A DNA stretch of 62,178 nt, counting the filler, from Rhabdomonas costata (lineage: Eukaryota): the NCBI GenBank assembly GCA_019059605.1. It is 21 parts of 21 records of this genome, joined end to end, with 100 filler letters (N's around TTAATTAATTAA, not from the genome) between each part and the next. Parts side by side here need not be neighbours in the genome. Positions count along the whole stretch, not along the records: positions 11,900 to 14,769 come from JAHMHO010001850.1; positions 14,870 to 17,739 come from JAHMHO010001851.1; positions 17,840 to 20,706 come from JAHMHO010001852.1; positions 20,807 to 23,676 come from JAHMHO010001853.1; positions 23,777 to 26,644 come from JAHMHO010001854.1; 16 more parts are not named here. The stretch is one strand, 5' to 3'. Within the stretch, counting starts at the first letter, position 1, and each line of letters opens with the position of its first letter. The position numbers were made by a program, and so were the translations under genes. Shown one piece after another: positions 12,369-25,182 of this stretch. The notes under the pieces were generated by a model that was given only the letters and a program-made list of their open reading frames with translations, did not search any database and was not told where the DNA came from.

Positions 12369-14502
12369 GCATGCCTTCTCGGAGCTGCATTTCTTCTACT
12401 TCGCGATGTGCCCTCCCTGTGCGGAGCTGAACTGGGCAAAGAGAAACGTCACGGTCACCACACTCTGCTTGATTTCCTTCAACCCTGCTCCCCCTCCACT
12501 GTCCAGGCAAACCGAGCAATAGTGGGCTTGAGGACTCAAAAAAGTGTGTCAGCTGTCCCAGCTGCCACTGAACACTGTGTGATGTGTCATGTGTGTCTTT
12601 CCGTTTGTGCGGGCAGTCCCTCTACCGCTATTTGCCATGGATACGGATTTTCTTATCTTCTTATCTTATATGGATCTTCTTATGCTCCGCTCATGCTCAT
12701 GGGCCGTGGAGGAAGCGAACTCACCTTTACGTTTTTCAATATGACATTTGTTATAATACGTTGCTCACTGATACGTTCACAAAGCGCAACGCTTTGTGCT
12801 CCGTGGTGTGTAGTGGTTTCCATAATTTGCACTGGGCCCCGCACCTATGCCCTTCTCCATGCTGCTACTCGCTAATTGCAAAGCGCGAGTTCATTCTTTT
12901 GATTCTGAAGTGTGGAACCCAACCCTGAAAACCATTAGGCTGACCTCACCGGCCGGACGGTGCTTCTGACTGGCTCGCGGATGAAGATCGGGCAACAGAT
13001 TTGCCTCTCTCTGCTCCGAGCTGGGGCCACTGTGATCGCCACGACCCGATTTGCAGTGGTGTGCCCTTCCCACTCCAGAGTTGCTTTAGGCTTGACTGTG
13101 AGGAGGTGACTGCAGTCCTTTTTTTTAACCGAGTGTTGAATATTATATATTATTACTATAATATATAATGTAATATGGAATTTTGGAATTTTGGTCGAAC
13201 ATATTTGCAATTGAAATGCAAAAAAATACAAATATGATTTGATTTGCGTGATCATTTTGCGAGAATATATGGTTGAGCTCAGGAGGAGTGGATGAACTCG
13301 ATCGAAGATAAGACGAAATGTGTGATGCCATAACAGAAAGAAACTGAAGTAACCTGAACAGAATTTCTCGCACCCATTGTGGAGCTGTGGGGGACAGGTG
13401 CGCTGGTGGAGTATTATTCTCAATTCAGGATATGGCACAGCGCTACTCTCAGATGGAGGACTATCCCTCGTGGAAGAATCGGCTTCACATTTACAGGTTT
13501 GCTCGCGTGATGTCATGGAGTAGTGGTAAGAACTAAGCTTCGAATGTTCTCAACGATATTCGGTGTTCCCTCAGCGGACCTGCCTTAATAATCAATAATC
13601 TTCGACTGCTGCACCCAGTTTGACCGACATTAATGGCCAACGTTTTTCACGGTGTTTCCAATCGAGCTGTGTATGTTGACACATCACAATCCCGGTAGAG
13701 ATCTGGATGCTTGAAATCCACGCAGAGCCATGAGCGTGGATTTTGCTCAAGACGACAAATTAACTGGTGTGGAGCTGGACTAGGGGTCTTACTGTCTTTT
13801 TATTTTTCCAGGCTGGATTTGCGCAACCTCTGGCTGGTGCAGCAGTTCTGCGCCTTTTTGGTGCGTAAGTACGACTCACTGTTCGCGATTGTCAACAACG
13901 CGGCGCAGACAGTGGCCCGGCCTCCCGTGTACTACTCCGGCCTCATCGAGAAGGAGGTTAGTCTCCTGTTCAGAGAGGTCAAAGGGGGAAAGGGGCCAGA
14001 ACACCTGTCGAACGCCAACGGTGTCCCATTCCCATCCCCGATTGCAGGACGACCGTCTCGCCTGTGCTGCGTACCTAAGCCACCATTTAACTGGTGGAAC
14101 GGATTCCATACTTGGGCAAATGTTTGGTTTCTAACAGCTCTGATTGACAGGGAAATGCTGGTTCCAGATCAGCACGCGGAAAAATCGAGGGGGCAAGGTC
14201 CATCCCATACGGCTCCGCGTGAGCGTTGGCCTGACGCCTAACGCCCACGTGCCCCATGGTTGCTGTGCTCAAACGCGTGTGTGAGGATAGATTCACTGCA
14301 GCGAAAAGCCCTCTGCAGTGAATCCCCACTCTCATCAAACTCGTTCTTGCTTGGGTTGCAGATCGCCGCGAGCCAGATTACGTCCAGCTCTGGGGAGACC
14401 CTGCCCAATGTGGACTCGGAGTGGGACGGCCTGGTACAGCGACACGTCGGAATCGTTTACCACGATGCCGTGTTGTTCGCCAGTCCCAGCGCCATGCTGC
14501 AG
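12369..14502 (+). CDS. Short-chain dehydrogenase/reductase (SDR) with an N-terminal Cys motif; exons 12369-12453, 12939-13058, 13429-13496, 13812-13956, 14362-14502 (partial)
   Basis: Spliced product [98 protein letters not shown]...[12 protein letters not shown]; TGxxxKIG and NNAA motifs; all introns GT-AG and in phase. Confidence 0.9.
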
Positions 14503-14869
14503 GTTTGCCCATCGGTGGGCACAGTAATTTTTCTGAACCCTATGCGCGATGGTGTGTGTCCCAGTTTGGAAGAGATGTATTAATTGCCGAGGTTCTGTTA
14601 TTTTCAACCACGCATACTGCACCGGAGATAATGGGTGAATGTCGTTTTGAAAAAAGGACGGGAAGAAGCAAAACTGTTTCTTCTGGAATTCAAGTACCGA
14701 TGATTGCAGGACGAAGCCGAAGGTTTTCTACCATTTCGAAGGAAAACCCGACAAAATATCACCAAAAAANNNNNNNNNNNNNNNNNNNNNNNNNNNNNNN
14801 NNNNNNNNNNNNNTTAATTAATTAANNNNNNNNNNNNNNNNNNNNNNNNNNNNNNNNNNNNNNNNNNNN

Positions 14870-15067
14870 TGTTTTTGGTTTTCTCTGGCAAAACAGCTAA
14901 GCTTACACTGAAATTGTGTAATTTAAATTTTTATTATAAAAATCTCATATTTCCAATAAACTTTAGAGTTTTAGAGTTTTATGCAAATATGAGATTTTTA
15001 TAATAAAAATTTAAATTACACAATTTCAGTGTAAGCTTAGCTGTTTTGCCAGAGAAAATCAAAAACA
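14870..15067. repeat. AT-rich palindrome with 83-bp arms (14870-14952 / 14985-15067, 1 mismatch, 32-nt spacer) at a contig start
   Basis: Direct reverse-complement comparison. Confidence 0.95.
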
Positions 15068-16199
15068 CTGATTTTTCTTGCTTGGCAAGTATATCGAGCA
15101 TGCGTGTGCACACCACAAAACGCAATATCTTGAACAACTTTTTACAAGACAATATTGCCACATATTTCAACAAATTAACCAGGCCATGTTCTGTTGTTGA
15201 CAAAGTGCACAATACTCAATACTCCTCGTACTACACAGCTACAAAGACACCACAGCGGTTCCAAAATTAGCACCAACATACGCACCACTCATGGAGTAGT
15301 AGTACTCAGATACATGCACCAAGGATGTTGTTACAGCAGTTTCAGGTCCTTGTATCTTAAACAAGCTACAGTGTAATTAAGTAAAAAATGAACGCTTAAC
15401 GGCTAAATAAATGACGTTAGACGCAGTTAATGCACTTAAAGTACATGGACATCAGAGCAGATGCAAGTTGAACTCTTTGGTTGAACTGTTTTAGGTACTC
15501 AACAGACGAATTGTTTTAAACATAATGAATTGTAACATTTGGACTTCGCATATATTTTCATGATAAACAATATTAACACAAAACATTGCCATTTTTGATT
15601 TATAAAAAATCAATTTTATACTGTGTCGCGAGGCTGAAGGTTTTGGCAAATAGGCAACAATTAAACCAGCGCACGTCGGAGTTATATAATACTTGTCAGT
15701 GGTTTAGTAAATCTTAGCAAACGTAACATTCAAAAGAAACTCAAAATAGCACAGAAGTTTAATAGTCTAAATACATTGTTTCTATAATAAACAAAATGTG
15801 AGCTTTGGATGCATAAAACACATCATACTGAGTAAAATTAAACACGCTTCCATCTGCAGAACTTTTGTTGAATATTGGCATAATGAGCATCCATCAGGAT
15901 TCAATAACCTCATCATAACGGCTAATAAATGTGTTTAAATGTAAGTAACTTAGAGCCTATGTGGCATAAATTGGTATAAAAATATTGCCAATTCATCCAG
16001 TTCATTAATGAAATGCGCCCTCTAGAAATAACTTGACAATTTGTGGTTCTGTTGCTGCAGATTTGTCAGTGCAGATTTTTGTAAAATATCAGAGGGTTCT
16101 GATAGCAAATGTGTCCAATAAATGTGTATTAAGCACATTGTATGGCACTCATGAACTTGTATGAACTTGTGTGAACACTTGTATGAAACTCATGAACCT

Positions 16200-17739
16200 T
16201 GGCAACTTTTACGTCACTTTTCAGAAACGCTGCACAACGTGCTGATACCACTGGAACTTTTTCGCTAAAATTGCTTCAAAAAGCCTTGATTACACCATTT
16301 TTGTGGTACCTGCTGACACAATTTCATCCACGCCATCGTGTGAAAAAACAACTCTACCACTCGTGGTGCCTTCACTGCGTCCGACCATGGAATCAATATC
16401 ACCTGATTTAAAGCACGGTACGTTACGTTTAGCACCTAATTATAAACACAGCCCTGAGCCGTTTTAATCTTCGTCATGTTTGCAACTGCCTTATGTAAAT
16501 CTCCATTTTTCCAAGTAACCTCGTTTAAGACGATCTTGTGCCTTGTCCTGTTACATACCGTGCATACAGTACAATCGACTCACCAACAATATGCAACAGG
16601 CAGGTGATGGTACTGCACAATAATCCACTTGGACACCGATTTTGGAGCAACCATCAGGTCATTAACCCAAATGCGGTCATGATGGAATTAAGTGTGTCAT
16701 TTAAAGTATCATAGTCTACCAGAAAGTACTTCTTCATGACCAATTCATCACCTAGATTGTCATGCAACCAATCTGGAATTGGCTCTAAAGCCAAAGCGCA
16801 GCAAGACATGGCTAGATTATTTTCTGGTCATTGGCGGAGCTTGGACATGCCACTGATTCTTTCGTGGCATCGTTGGAAACCAAGCCTACACACATTATGT
16901 TCACATGACAGCCATGATATTTTATTAACAAAGAAACTGGAGATGTAGCATCTAACTCCAAATTTGTCGCCATAGAAGTGAACAACTGATGGGAAGGAGA
17001 TGCTTAACCAATGCATGCTTGCAGCATTATCGAACTGCAACAACGTTGCTACAATGCCCACGTCTTACGCGTCTGTGTGTAAGAGTAATTGCTTCTTCAT
17101 GTCGTGGTGAATCATAACGTGTGCTAAGAGAAGGCGCGACTTCAGCAAATCAAAAACATGCTGATTTTTGGTCAACCACGCTCAATCTTTGCCTTCTGTA
17201 TCATGTCTGTTAATGGATCTTAAACAAGAGTGTGTCTGTCACGCCAACTTACAGAGGCCAGAGAAGCTCCTAAAGTCTGTAAATTCTTTTCAAACTGGCC
17301 AGTGTTTAATGGCGAGAATCTTCTTGAACTGGAGTCTGATGCCAGCTCTTCCGAAGATGTACCAGCGTTAATCGACCTGAAGCTTGTAGGATACCGGCCC
17401 GAAGGCCACAGATGCTCGTATAGAGTTTGCTGTAGACTACAATGTCGTAAGTGTTGACTCTTGTGGACTTCCTCAACTTTTGTAAATGAATTAAGCTGTC
17501 TTTGGAATGTTACTGTGGCATTCCATATTTCAACCTGAATAATCTGGTAGGCGAAGTCTGTCCTGTCTGAACTCGAGGGCGAAGGTAGATGGATCGATTT
17601 TTGATCAGCTACTGTACGTCTTAGCGCTCAGAAAGCTGCTTTTGCTTCCTCATATTCCTTTCAATGTTCGCGGCGAGCAAATTACGCCTGTACCAATCGG
17701 ATGGCTCCACCTTTTCTAGATTTTAAAGACATTGATCTG
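16200..17739 (-). mobile_element. Decayed Ty3/Gypsy pol (RT-RNaseH-integrase) with many stops and frameshifts
   Basis: Remnants in order: SKID, NATVTFQRQLN, KILAIKHWPV*..DFRSFSGL, DPLTDMIQK, HVFDLLKSRLLLAHVMIHHDMKKQLLLHTDA*DVGIVATLLQ, then QYHH..CTVC (integrase Zn finger) and VILIP..VVELFF. Confidence 0.85.
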
Positions 17740-18802
17740 NNNNNNNNNNNNNNNNNNNNNNNNNNNNNNNNNNNNNNNNNNNNTTAATTAATTAANNNNN
17801 NNNNNNNNNNNNNNNNNNNNNNNNNNNNNNNNNNNNNNNGGGTTTGGGGCTTGCACAACAATGACCACTTGGGAACAGTGGGAGGCATGAGGTATGAGTT
17901 GTTTAGCAACCCCCAAAAGCTTGGCTTTTTGGGGGCAAAAGGAGCGAAAATCAAGGCAAAAACGTGGTTTTTGGCAACTGATGGCCAAAATGGATGAAAA
18001 AATGAAGCAGCGCTCAAGAGCTACATGCGTGAGAGACGTAGGGATGTCAGGAAGTCTTACTTGGTGGCAAAACTCGTACAAGGATGGGAAACAGGGAGTT
18101 AGCAATGGAGGAGCCGAGAGAAAGCGAATTATTAGCCTTCTGAGCTGTGTGATAGGGCTTTTTAAATACATAGCAGTACCACTGGTACCCAGGGTACAAT
18201 TGCACGAGGGTGCAACCAAACGAGTTTCCAGCAGAAAAGTAATCACATTCGTCTTGCGTGAGAGTGTGTGTCGACGAGACTCCCAGGCGAATTTCCCTTC
18301 CAAACATCTGTTCAAAGTTCAAAAAAAAAAACCTCTGGCTGCGAGCCCAACTCACTTCACCTCTCACCCACACTGACATAGTCCAGTAGTGCCCTTTTCC
18401 CTGGCAGTGCATCGTAACGTCTCCTTCGTTATATACACGGTTCCGAACCCAGACTATTTCTTTCTCATTTGTGAGCCACCCCCCTGCGGGTGTCCCACGC
18501 GGCCCTCAAAGATTCTTGGAACCGCGAGAAGGACGCAAATGAAATCGTCCAGCGCTGTGCGGCTTCAAGGGGAATGTCCAAATCGCTCGGGCCACTTCCT
18601 GTCGTTTTTCCGGCGGCTCACTTCGATGTGCGGTGGTGGGGTTGTGGCAGTGGGGTTGCTGAAGCGGGCCTACGGCGCCGGGGTTGTGCAGGTGCATCGG
18701 CTGTGCGAGCGCCGTGGGGGCCACGGGATGAAACCTGGCCCTCCTTTTCTGCCTCCAGAATGCTGTGGCGAACGGGAAAAGCAAAGGGTTGCAGAGGCAC
18801 AC

Positions 18803-19959
18803 CTCAACGCCAGCGATCTTGTTGCTGTTGGGGTAGTCATACAGCGAGGTCGTGAACAGCCCAATTCCCGGCCGGCCATCGGGCAGGGTGAAGTTCTTCT
18901 GCATGGTCAGGGTGAGGAAGTCCCGACGGCCCACCATAGGAATCTTGTAGGCCCTGTACTGCACCGCAGCCTCGTCAGGCCAGCCCCCGGCGCGCTCTGG
19001 CGGAATCATCTCCACCAGCTCCGCTTTCTCAAACCCCTGTAATAACCCCCCCATCACCGATGCGAGCACCCACGCTTTGCACACGTGTGAAAATAGATGC
19101 GATCATTTTCATCATTGATGCACGTTTCCTCCGAAGTGTACTCCCAAGTGTACACTTGGACAGTGTATGCGTGCGGGGGTGGGAACCAACTAGCGAGTTG
19201 CTGCAGTTTGAAAGTGGGATCTCCCGTTCATTCCTTCATACCAACTCAAATACGCCGTCGACTAACAAGAGAACGACGGCCACCACACTCAAACATAAAG
19301 AAAAGGAATGCAGACAGACGAAACCAGAATGGTTATTCCACCCACCCGAATAAAATCGCACTGACCTCAGAGAGGTACTCCTGGTACTTCGTGCATTGCC
19401 TGTAAAAGCAAAAGAAGGCGCCACGGAGACCCAAATAATCACCGTCTACGGCAACACAACTGGAAGCTCGGAAACGCACTATATGCACTTTGGTACACAC
19501 GTCAAAGTGGAGGAAAGCACGTCTAAAAGGCCGTGGAGCATCCGACAGGGGAAGTCCTCGCACAGCCCACTCACTAGTGAAACAAAATGCTAAACTTCAC
19601 GACATTAAAGAACGCGGAGAATGCGGGTGCAAGAAAGGCCCTGCATGCGCCTACAGCACTCTCAATCACTCACTGTCTCACGGACTCTCACAAAGGCGCA
19701 CTGTCGACGGACGCGGAGCCGAGTGCGTATACCGGTGCATCAGGTCATATAGGTCATCCACACTGGCGCCCGGGATCACCGCGGAGAACTTCCAGTACGC
19801 CGCGTTGCGGTGCGAGGCGCTTTCATGAGCGGTGACCTCCTTGGGGAAGTGCTTGCGCCACATCGTCTTGCCATCCTTCTCCTTGGAGAGCTCCCAGTTC
19901 TGGGGGTGCAGGAAGTCTTCAAGCTCGCCCTGCACCCACTGCAGCAGCAGGGGGTTCAC
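18803..19959 (-). CDS. START/SRPBCC-fold lipid-binding protein; exons 19959-19733, 19399-19366, 19036-18803 (further 3' exons uncertain)
   Basis: NWELSKEKDGKTMWRK...YWKFSAVIPGASVDDLYDLMHR-QCTKYQEYLSE-GFEKAELVE...VQYRAYKIPMVGRRDFLTLT; in-phase GT-AG introns. Confidence 0.7.
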
Positions 19960-20828
19960 CTGTCAGATCATGCCAGAACACACATGCACACATCCACGCA
20001 TATCGGACAGTTTTCCTGAGAACGTCTCCTCCTCACCCCAAAAATGACCAGTCCCAATATGGGTTCCTGGGACCCTTTTTCTCTGCTGAAGGGTACGAGA
20101 CGTTTCAGATCCTGCCTGGCAGTGGTAAAAGTGCTCGCACATGAGACGTTCTGCGTTCCTCCCATCCTTCAAATTAATCTGAGTGAAAATAATTGAAACT
20201 CCCGATATTCCACGAGACGTCTCCGAAATGAAGCCTCCTGGCCACTCCCGTGTGCTTGGACGTGCCGTTCGATTGGCTATGCAAAGAACGAAAGGAAGTC
20301 CACCATGTCCAGAGTGTCAGTGCAGCACCCAGCTGCGCTAAGAGCGTGTGTCCTATGCAGGGACAGCAAAAGTCGACAGTTGCTGAGGAAAAGCAATGCA
20401 GCACCCTGTAGCCCGTGCTGAAAAGCGGGGTTCCGTCGATGGGCATCCTGAGGGTGCTCGAAAGAGCTCCTTTATCTCAAAAATAAACACAAAGAGAGAG
20501 GGAAAGAGGCCTGAGAGTCCCCTCGTCTAATAGGTCCAAAACGGGGAAGGAAGCCCTGCGAAAGAATGCACAAGGGCGAGCACCAACCGCAGCATCGCAG
20601 CGAAGAAGGAAATTGAGCTCCCCGACCATTCTGTTGGTCTCGTCCATTCGTGAACGCTTTTCAGCATCTTATTTCATCAGTTACATCGCTGGATTCGCAG
20701 TCGCACNNNNNNNNNNNNNNNNNNNNNNNNNNNNNNNNNNNNNNNNNNNNTTAATTAATTAANNNNNNNNNNNNNNNNNNNNNNNNNNNNNNNNNNNNNN
20801 NNNNNNGGGTTGGGGTGGTATTTTTTAG

Positions 20829-22460
20829 GCTGGGCTCTTTCGGGCCGCTGGGAACGGCGACGCAGCGGGCCTTCACTGTGGTCTCGCCATGCGTTCCTCG
20901 AGGGCTGGTGCTTCAGAAGCTGGCGAAGCTGATCCCCTTCAAGGTAGTTGACTGTGCTGCTGTCCTGCGTTCACTTGTGTGTCAGCATTGCGATCGATTG
21001 CGTGTTCGGTGCGGCAGCTGCGTTATCAGCTGTCTTTACATTGTACAAAACTTCTGTTGTGGAATCGGCTGTCAGAGTTGAAAGCGAGAATTCGGTCCAT
21101 CAAAAGAAAGAGAGATGTGTTTGTGTGGATGGGGGTGTGGGTGTCGCGTGTCAGAAGATGTACACTCCTGCTTGAGGATGTCATACGATGTGCTGCAGTA
21201 TTTTTGAAGTATCCTGCTGAATGGGCCATGATTGTCAGCATGAGTTACCAAGTTTCGAATGGACGCTTGCCCCCTAGGCTTGTAACGATAAATGTTTTCC
21301 ACCTCCAAGTCAATCTCTGATGTTACCCCTCCTCAATGTTTTATCCACTTCGCGCTTTTGGGGCTCAACGGCTCCGAATTAGGTCCTATTTGGACCTTAG
21401 TTAAGCCCCCACACAAACCTAGCATAGCAGGTGTGCAATTTTAGTCCAGTCACAGTAAATTTGAGAAAGATGTGTATTTTCCCGATCCCTTAGTGTCTTT
21501 CGTTTTGGGATCCAGTTTTGCAACTGAAGCTGCACATCAGCGCCAATGTATTCGATCAATTAAACGCGCTGCAAAAGGCTCCACACTCTGGCCGTAACCA
21601 CCCGTTGCGTGTTGCCACCTCAGATTTTTGATCGTTGGTATCTTCTGAGCCTTCCGTTTCTTTCATGTGCTCACTCAGATCCTGATCGACCACACCGTCT
21701 ACTCCCAGATCAACATCAGCACCCAGTGCCGGCTGGCCCTTGTTCTGCCCCTTGTGGACGGCAAGACGGAGAAGGCCTACGAGGTCATCGGGGGATTGCA
21801 GCAGGTCGACGATGAGTGGATGTACCAGCTGAAGGAGAAGGTACTTGTTTCTCGCTTCGGTTTCCTGCGTTTTTCTGATGAGCCCGATGTGACTTCGTGG
21901 TGACAGGCATCGCCATTCTGGCTGCGGAGGTGGTGAACATCTAGAGTGTTCACGTCACCCCTACACCCTTCAAATTCACATTTTTTCTTTGCAGAAACCA
22001 TCTCCTGGAAATTGTTGCTGTGAATGTTTGGGGAGACCGTCCGACGTATGATTTTCTTTCATCTCACCGTCTCTCTGGACATCGTAAATTGTGCAGTGCG
22101 GCCTTTTTCCTTCACTCTCCCTCTCCCTCGCCTTCTCCTTCTGCCACGATGAACCTGATGCTTCTCTTTGCTTCACAGGAGAATGAGAGGGCCCAGCACG
22201 TCCGCTTCGAGCTCGGAGTGAAGGCCCTGGTATCCTCGGCTGGCGGCGAAGGCGCGAGCGCGGAGAGTCCTGTGGCCCACTTCGAGGCCCACCTCGCCGA
22301 TCACCCCGAGGACCGCGCTGCGCAGTGGTACCGCGACAACTCGCCTGAGTGGGCGTCTCTGCGGCACCCGAAGTGGGGCCAGGCTGCGCCGCTGTACCTG
22401 CAGCTTCTGAGCTCCGCGGATCTCAGGGCCGCGTCCCCAGCGGCAAGCTCCCCAGTGTAG
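20829..22460 (+). CDS. C-terminus of a class III adenylate/guanylate cyclase-like protein; exons 20829-20943, 21679-21840, 22179-22460
   Basis: GPLGTATQRAFTVVSPCV...LAKL..-ILIDHTVY...AYEV...DDEWMYQL-...AHFEAHLADHPEDRAA...stop; in-phase GT-AG introns. Confidence 0.7.
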
Positions 22461-25097
22461 CCGTCCATTTGAGATTTCAACGCACATCCACTTTCTGATG
22501 CGCAAGATAAAGATGAGACAACAGCGAACGATGCACGCAGCGTTGCGTTGAGGGTAAAGCTCTGCGCCGACACATGTCAGCAAGCCAGTTACGGCTATTT
22601 TTGGAAAACGTCCATTCTTGCTTGAGCTTAACCCCCAAACATGCACACACGTTGCTGTGTTCAATCTTGTCTGTACTATGGCCCGAAGAAGAAAAATACT
22701 ATGCACCCCACTGCCGCATGTGTTCGGGCTCTGTCACGCTTACCTTCCATCTCTTGGCTAAAAGGCATTGCAGACGAGGGGTGTGAACTTGGGAAACAAA
22801 AAGGAATCCCTCTGGTCCGCCCCCCCCCTCTCACGTCGATATGCCTGTGCAACTTTTTTCGTCACGGTTTTGTGTATGTGTTCGTTCTTCCTGGTTCCTG
22901 GCAAGATCTCTCAGGCCCTTCCCTCCTTTTCTGCCAGCCCAGCGTTAAATAGCCGGCCTGATCCTTTCACGTGCACACACACAGCCAGCATCCCCCCAAC
23001 TTCCAGCCACACACACACAGACACACTGCCCTCGTTTTCACCCTGCAATACATTGTGTCCTATTCTCTGTATCGGTCATCCCATGTTCCACTCCTCCATC
23101 CACAGCGTTTGCGAACGATGGAGGATGTACGACCGATCCCTTCCGTATGTCATGGGGTCTCGCGTTTTTCTGGTCAATGATTGGTCTTTGCTTTCACAAC
23201 AGTCACGTTCATATACGCGCGAAGTGATAGTTTGCACCTACAGCGCCTGCAGCTGTCGACAGGATCCCCCCCTCCCCCCTCCGCAGCAAAAGCGGAACGC
23301 AGAATCTCCACTTGTAATCGTTGCCGATCCTGTCAGACATTCCCAATAACCTTACTGCCTTGCCCTTCGCACCTGTGCGTGTCTCCTTGTCTCACATGCT
23401 CACATGCTCAGTCCCCTGAGTACTTGGTTTCTAACCAGGGGGTATCAACGACCCGACCACACCCTTCACGCCTTTCCCCTGCACCTCCATTCACCATGCA
23501 CGAAGACACAGGTCAAACGGATCCAAGGGGCCTGCTCTATCTTCACAATGCACACACTGCGGCGGTAAATCTTTACGCAGCTTCAAAAAAAAAACCAACG
23601 CTGTTAGGGGGGTGCGAAAGTGGAAAACAAGGAGGCAAAACCTCCTGTCTTTTCCTCCGCGTTCCACCCCCCCCTTNNNNNNNNNNNNNNNNNNNNNNNN
23701 NNNNNNNNNNNNNNNNNNNNTTAATTAATTAANNNNNNNNNNNNNNNNNNNNNNNNNNNNNNNNNNNNNNNNNNNNTTGTGTGGGGGTCCTCGTGGGCGC
23801 CCACATCGTGGTGCAGGCGGGCACCCATTTGGGGCTGCACTTCGTCTGCCACCTAAAGCGTTAAGCACCTACCACACCTTTTGCTCAATCACGCACCTGC
23901 ACAGTTAAAATGGAATCACGGGGACGGTAAAGCGAAGGGACGCGTTTCGGCCAGTCGAGAGAACGGACTTTTTGGGTGACGAGGTCCTGTGGGAGAGAGA
24001 AAGTCATCCCTGGAATGTCCGTCCCGACTGGAGTTGTTATATCTTTAAGGATATGTTTACATTTTGCGTGTTTCTTATATGCGTCCACTACCTGTACGCC
24101 CTCGCACACTTGCTAAGATGGGTTCCATCAACGCACGCAGTCACTTGTTGAGCGGAATAGGACGCTGGGTTACTCCTGGTTCCGTATTTTGACTGAATAT
24201 GTATTGCCAGAAGGAACTGCATGGGGCGTGCTTAGGGCGTGGGTCGGGCAAAGGGTTCTTGTGCGCCTGCTTTGGTTCTGTTTTGGTGCTGGCTTTGGTA
24301 TTGCGATACCCTGTGCGGGAATGGTGTGTGCGCAGCTGTTGCTTCAATTTGGCCAGCTCTATTCTGGGCCTTCTTTCGGTGGTGTGGAGACTCCATTTGT
24401 CCCCTTAGGTGCGCTTTCTTTGGGAGGGTGAATCACAATTGCATGTATGTGTGTGTTGGTGACAGAGAGACACTTTGCTCTGAGCCAGTCGGTAAGTGAA
24501 GAAATCCCTTTCCTTCAGCGGAAAGTGTTAGTGCAGGTCAAGTGGGCGAATGAGTGGGGAACTGGCAAGGGGATTTTGTAGTGAGGTTGTTTTTTGTGGG
24601 GGAGGATTCATATTTGCACCGCACAAAGCTCCAAATACAGCATCACCAACAGATCAAAACGCTATGAGACTTCTCATGGGCCGATATGTGCAGGCTGTGC
24701 CTCGCTGCACATGTCGACATGGCAATGGCTGGCCCCCAGTTCAACCAAGACGACACTCTCAGTCCCAGCTTGGAGAATCTTCTCTAGTGATTCAGTGGGC
24801 CCGCTCCATGGATGCTGGGCCCATACCCACTTGGGTGCCCCCCTTCCAACTTTGACCGTGCACTCGGGTGGTGTTTCTGACCAAGACGAGTTTTTTGGTG
24901 ATTCTCCCATTCAAAAGAACGTCCTTAGTCCCAGGGCAGCCACTAAACCATCAGAGCACAAAAGTGTAAACGCGCAATATTCGGGTGCCCACAATTACAT
25001 AAACAGAATCCACCACGGCGGTTGTTAATTTGCGTGCCAAAATTTCGCTGAATCAAGTGCGCAGAAGGAGTGCCGGGGGGGGGGTGCTGTCACAGGT

Positions 25098-25169
25098 TTC
25101 TTAATTTTCCTTTCCGTTTTCGTACTTGTTTTTGTTTCTTCCAAAATCGTCCCCTAAGCTCAAGCGCAG
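25098..25169 (+). promoter_or_regulatory. Polypyrimidine tract + AG acceptor 13 nt upstream of the ABCG start codon (candidate trans-splice acceptor)
   Basis: TTTTCCTTTCCGTTTTCGTACTTGTTTTTGTTTCTTCC...GCGCAG|GGTGCACTTAATTATG. Confidence 0.45.
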
Positions 25170-25182
25170 GGTGCACTTAATT

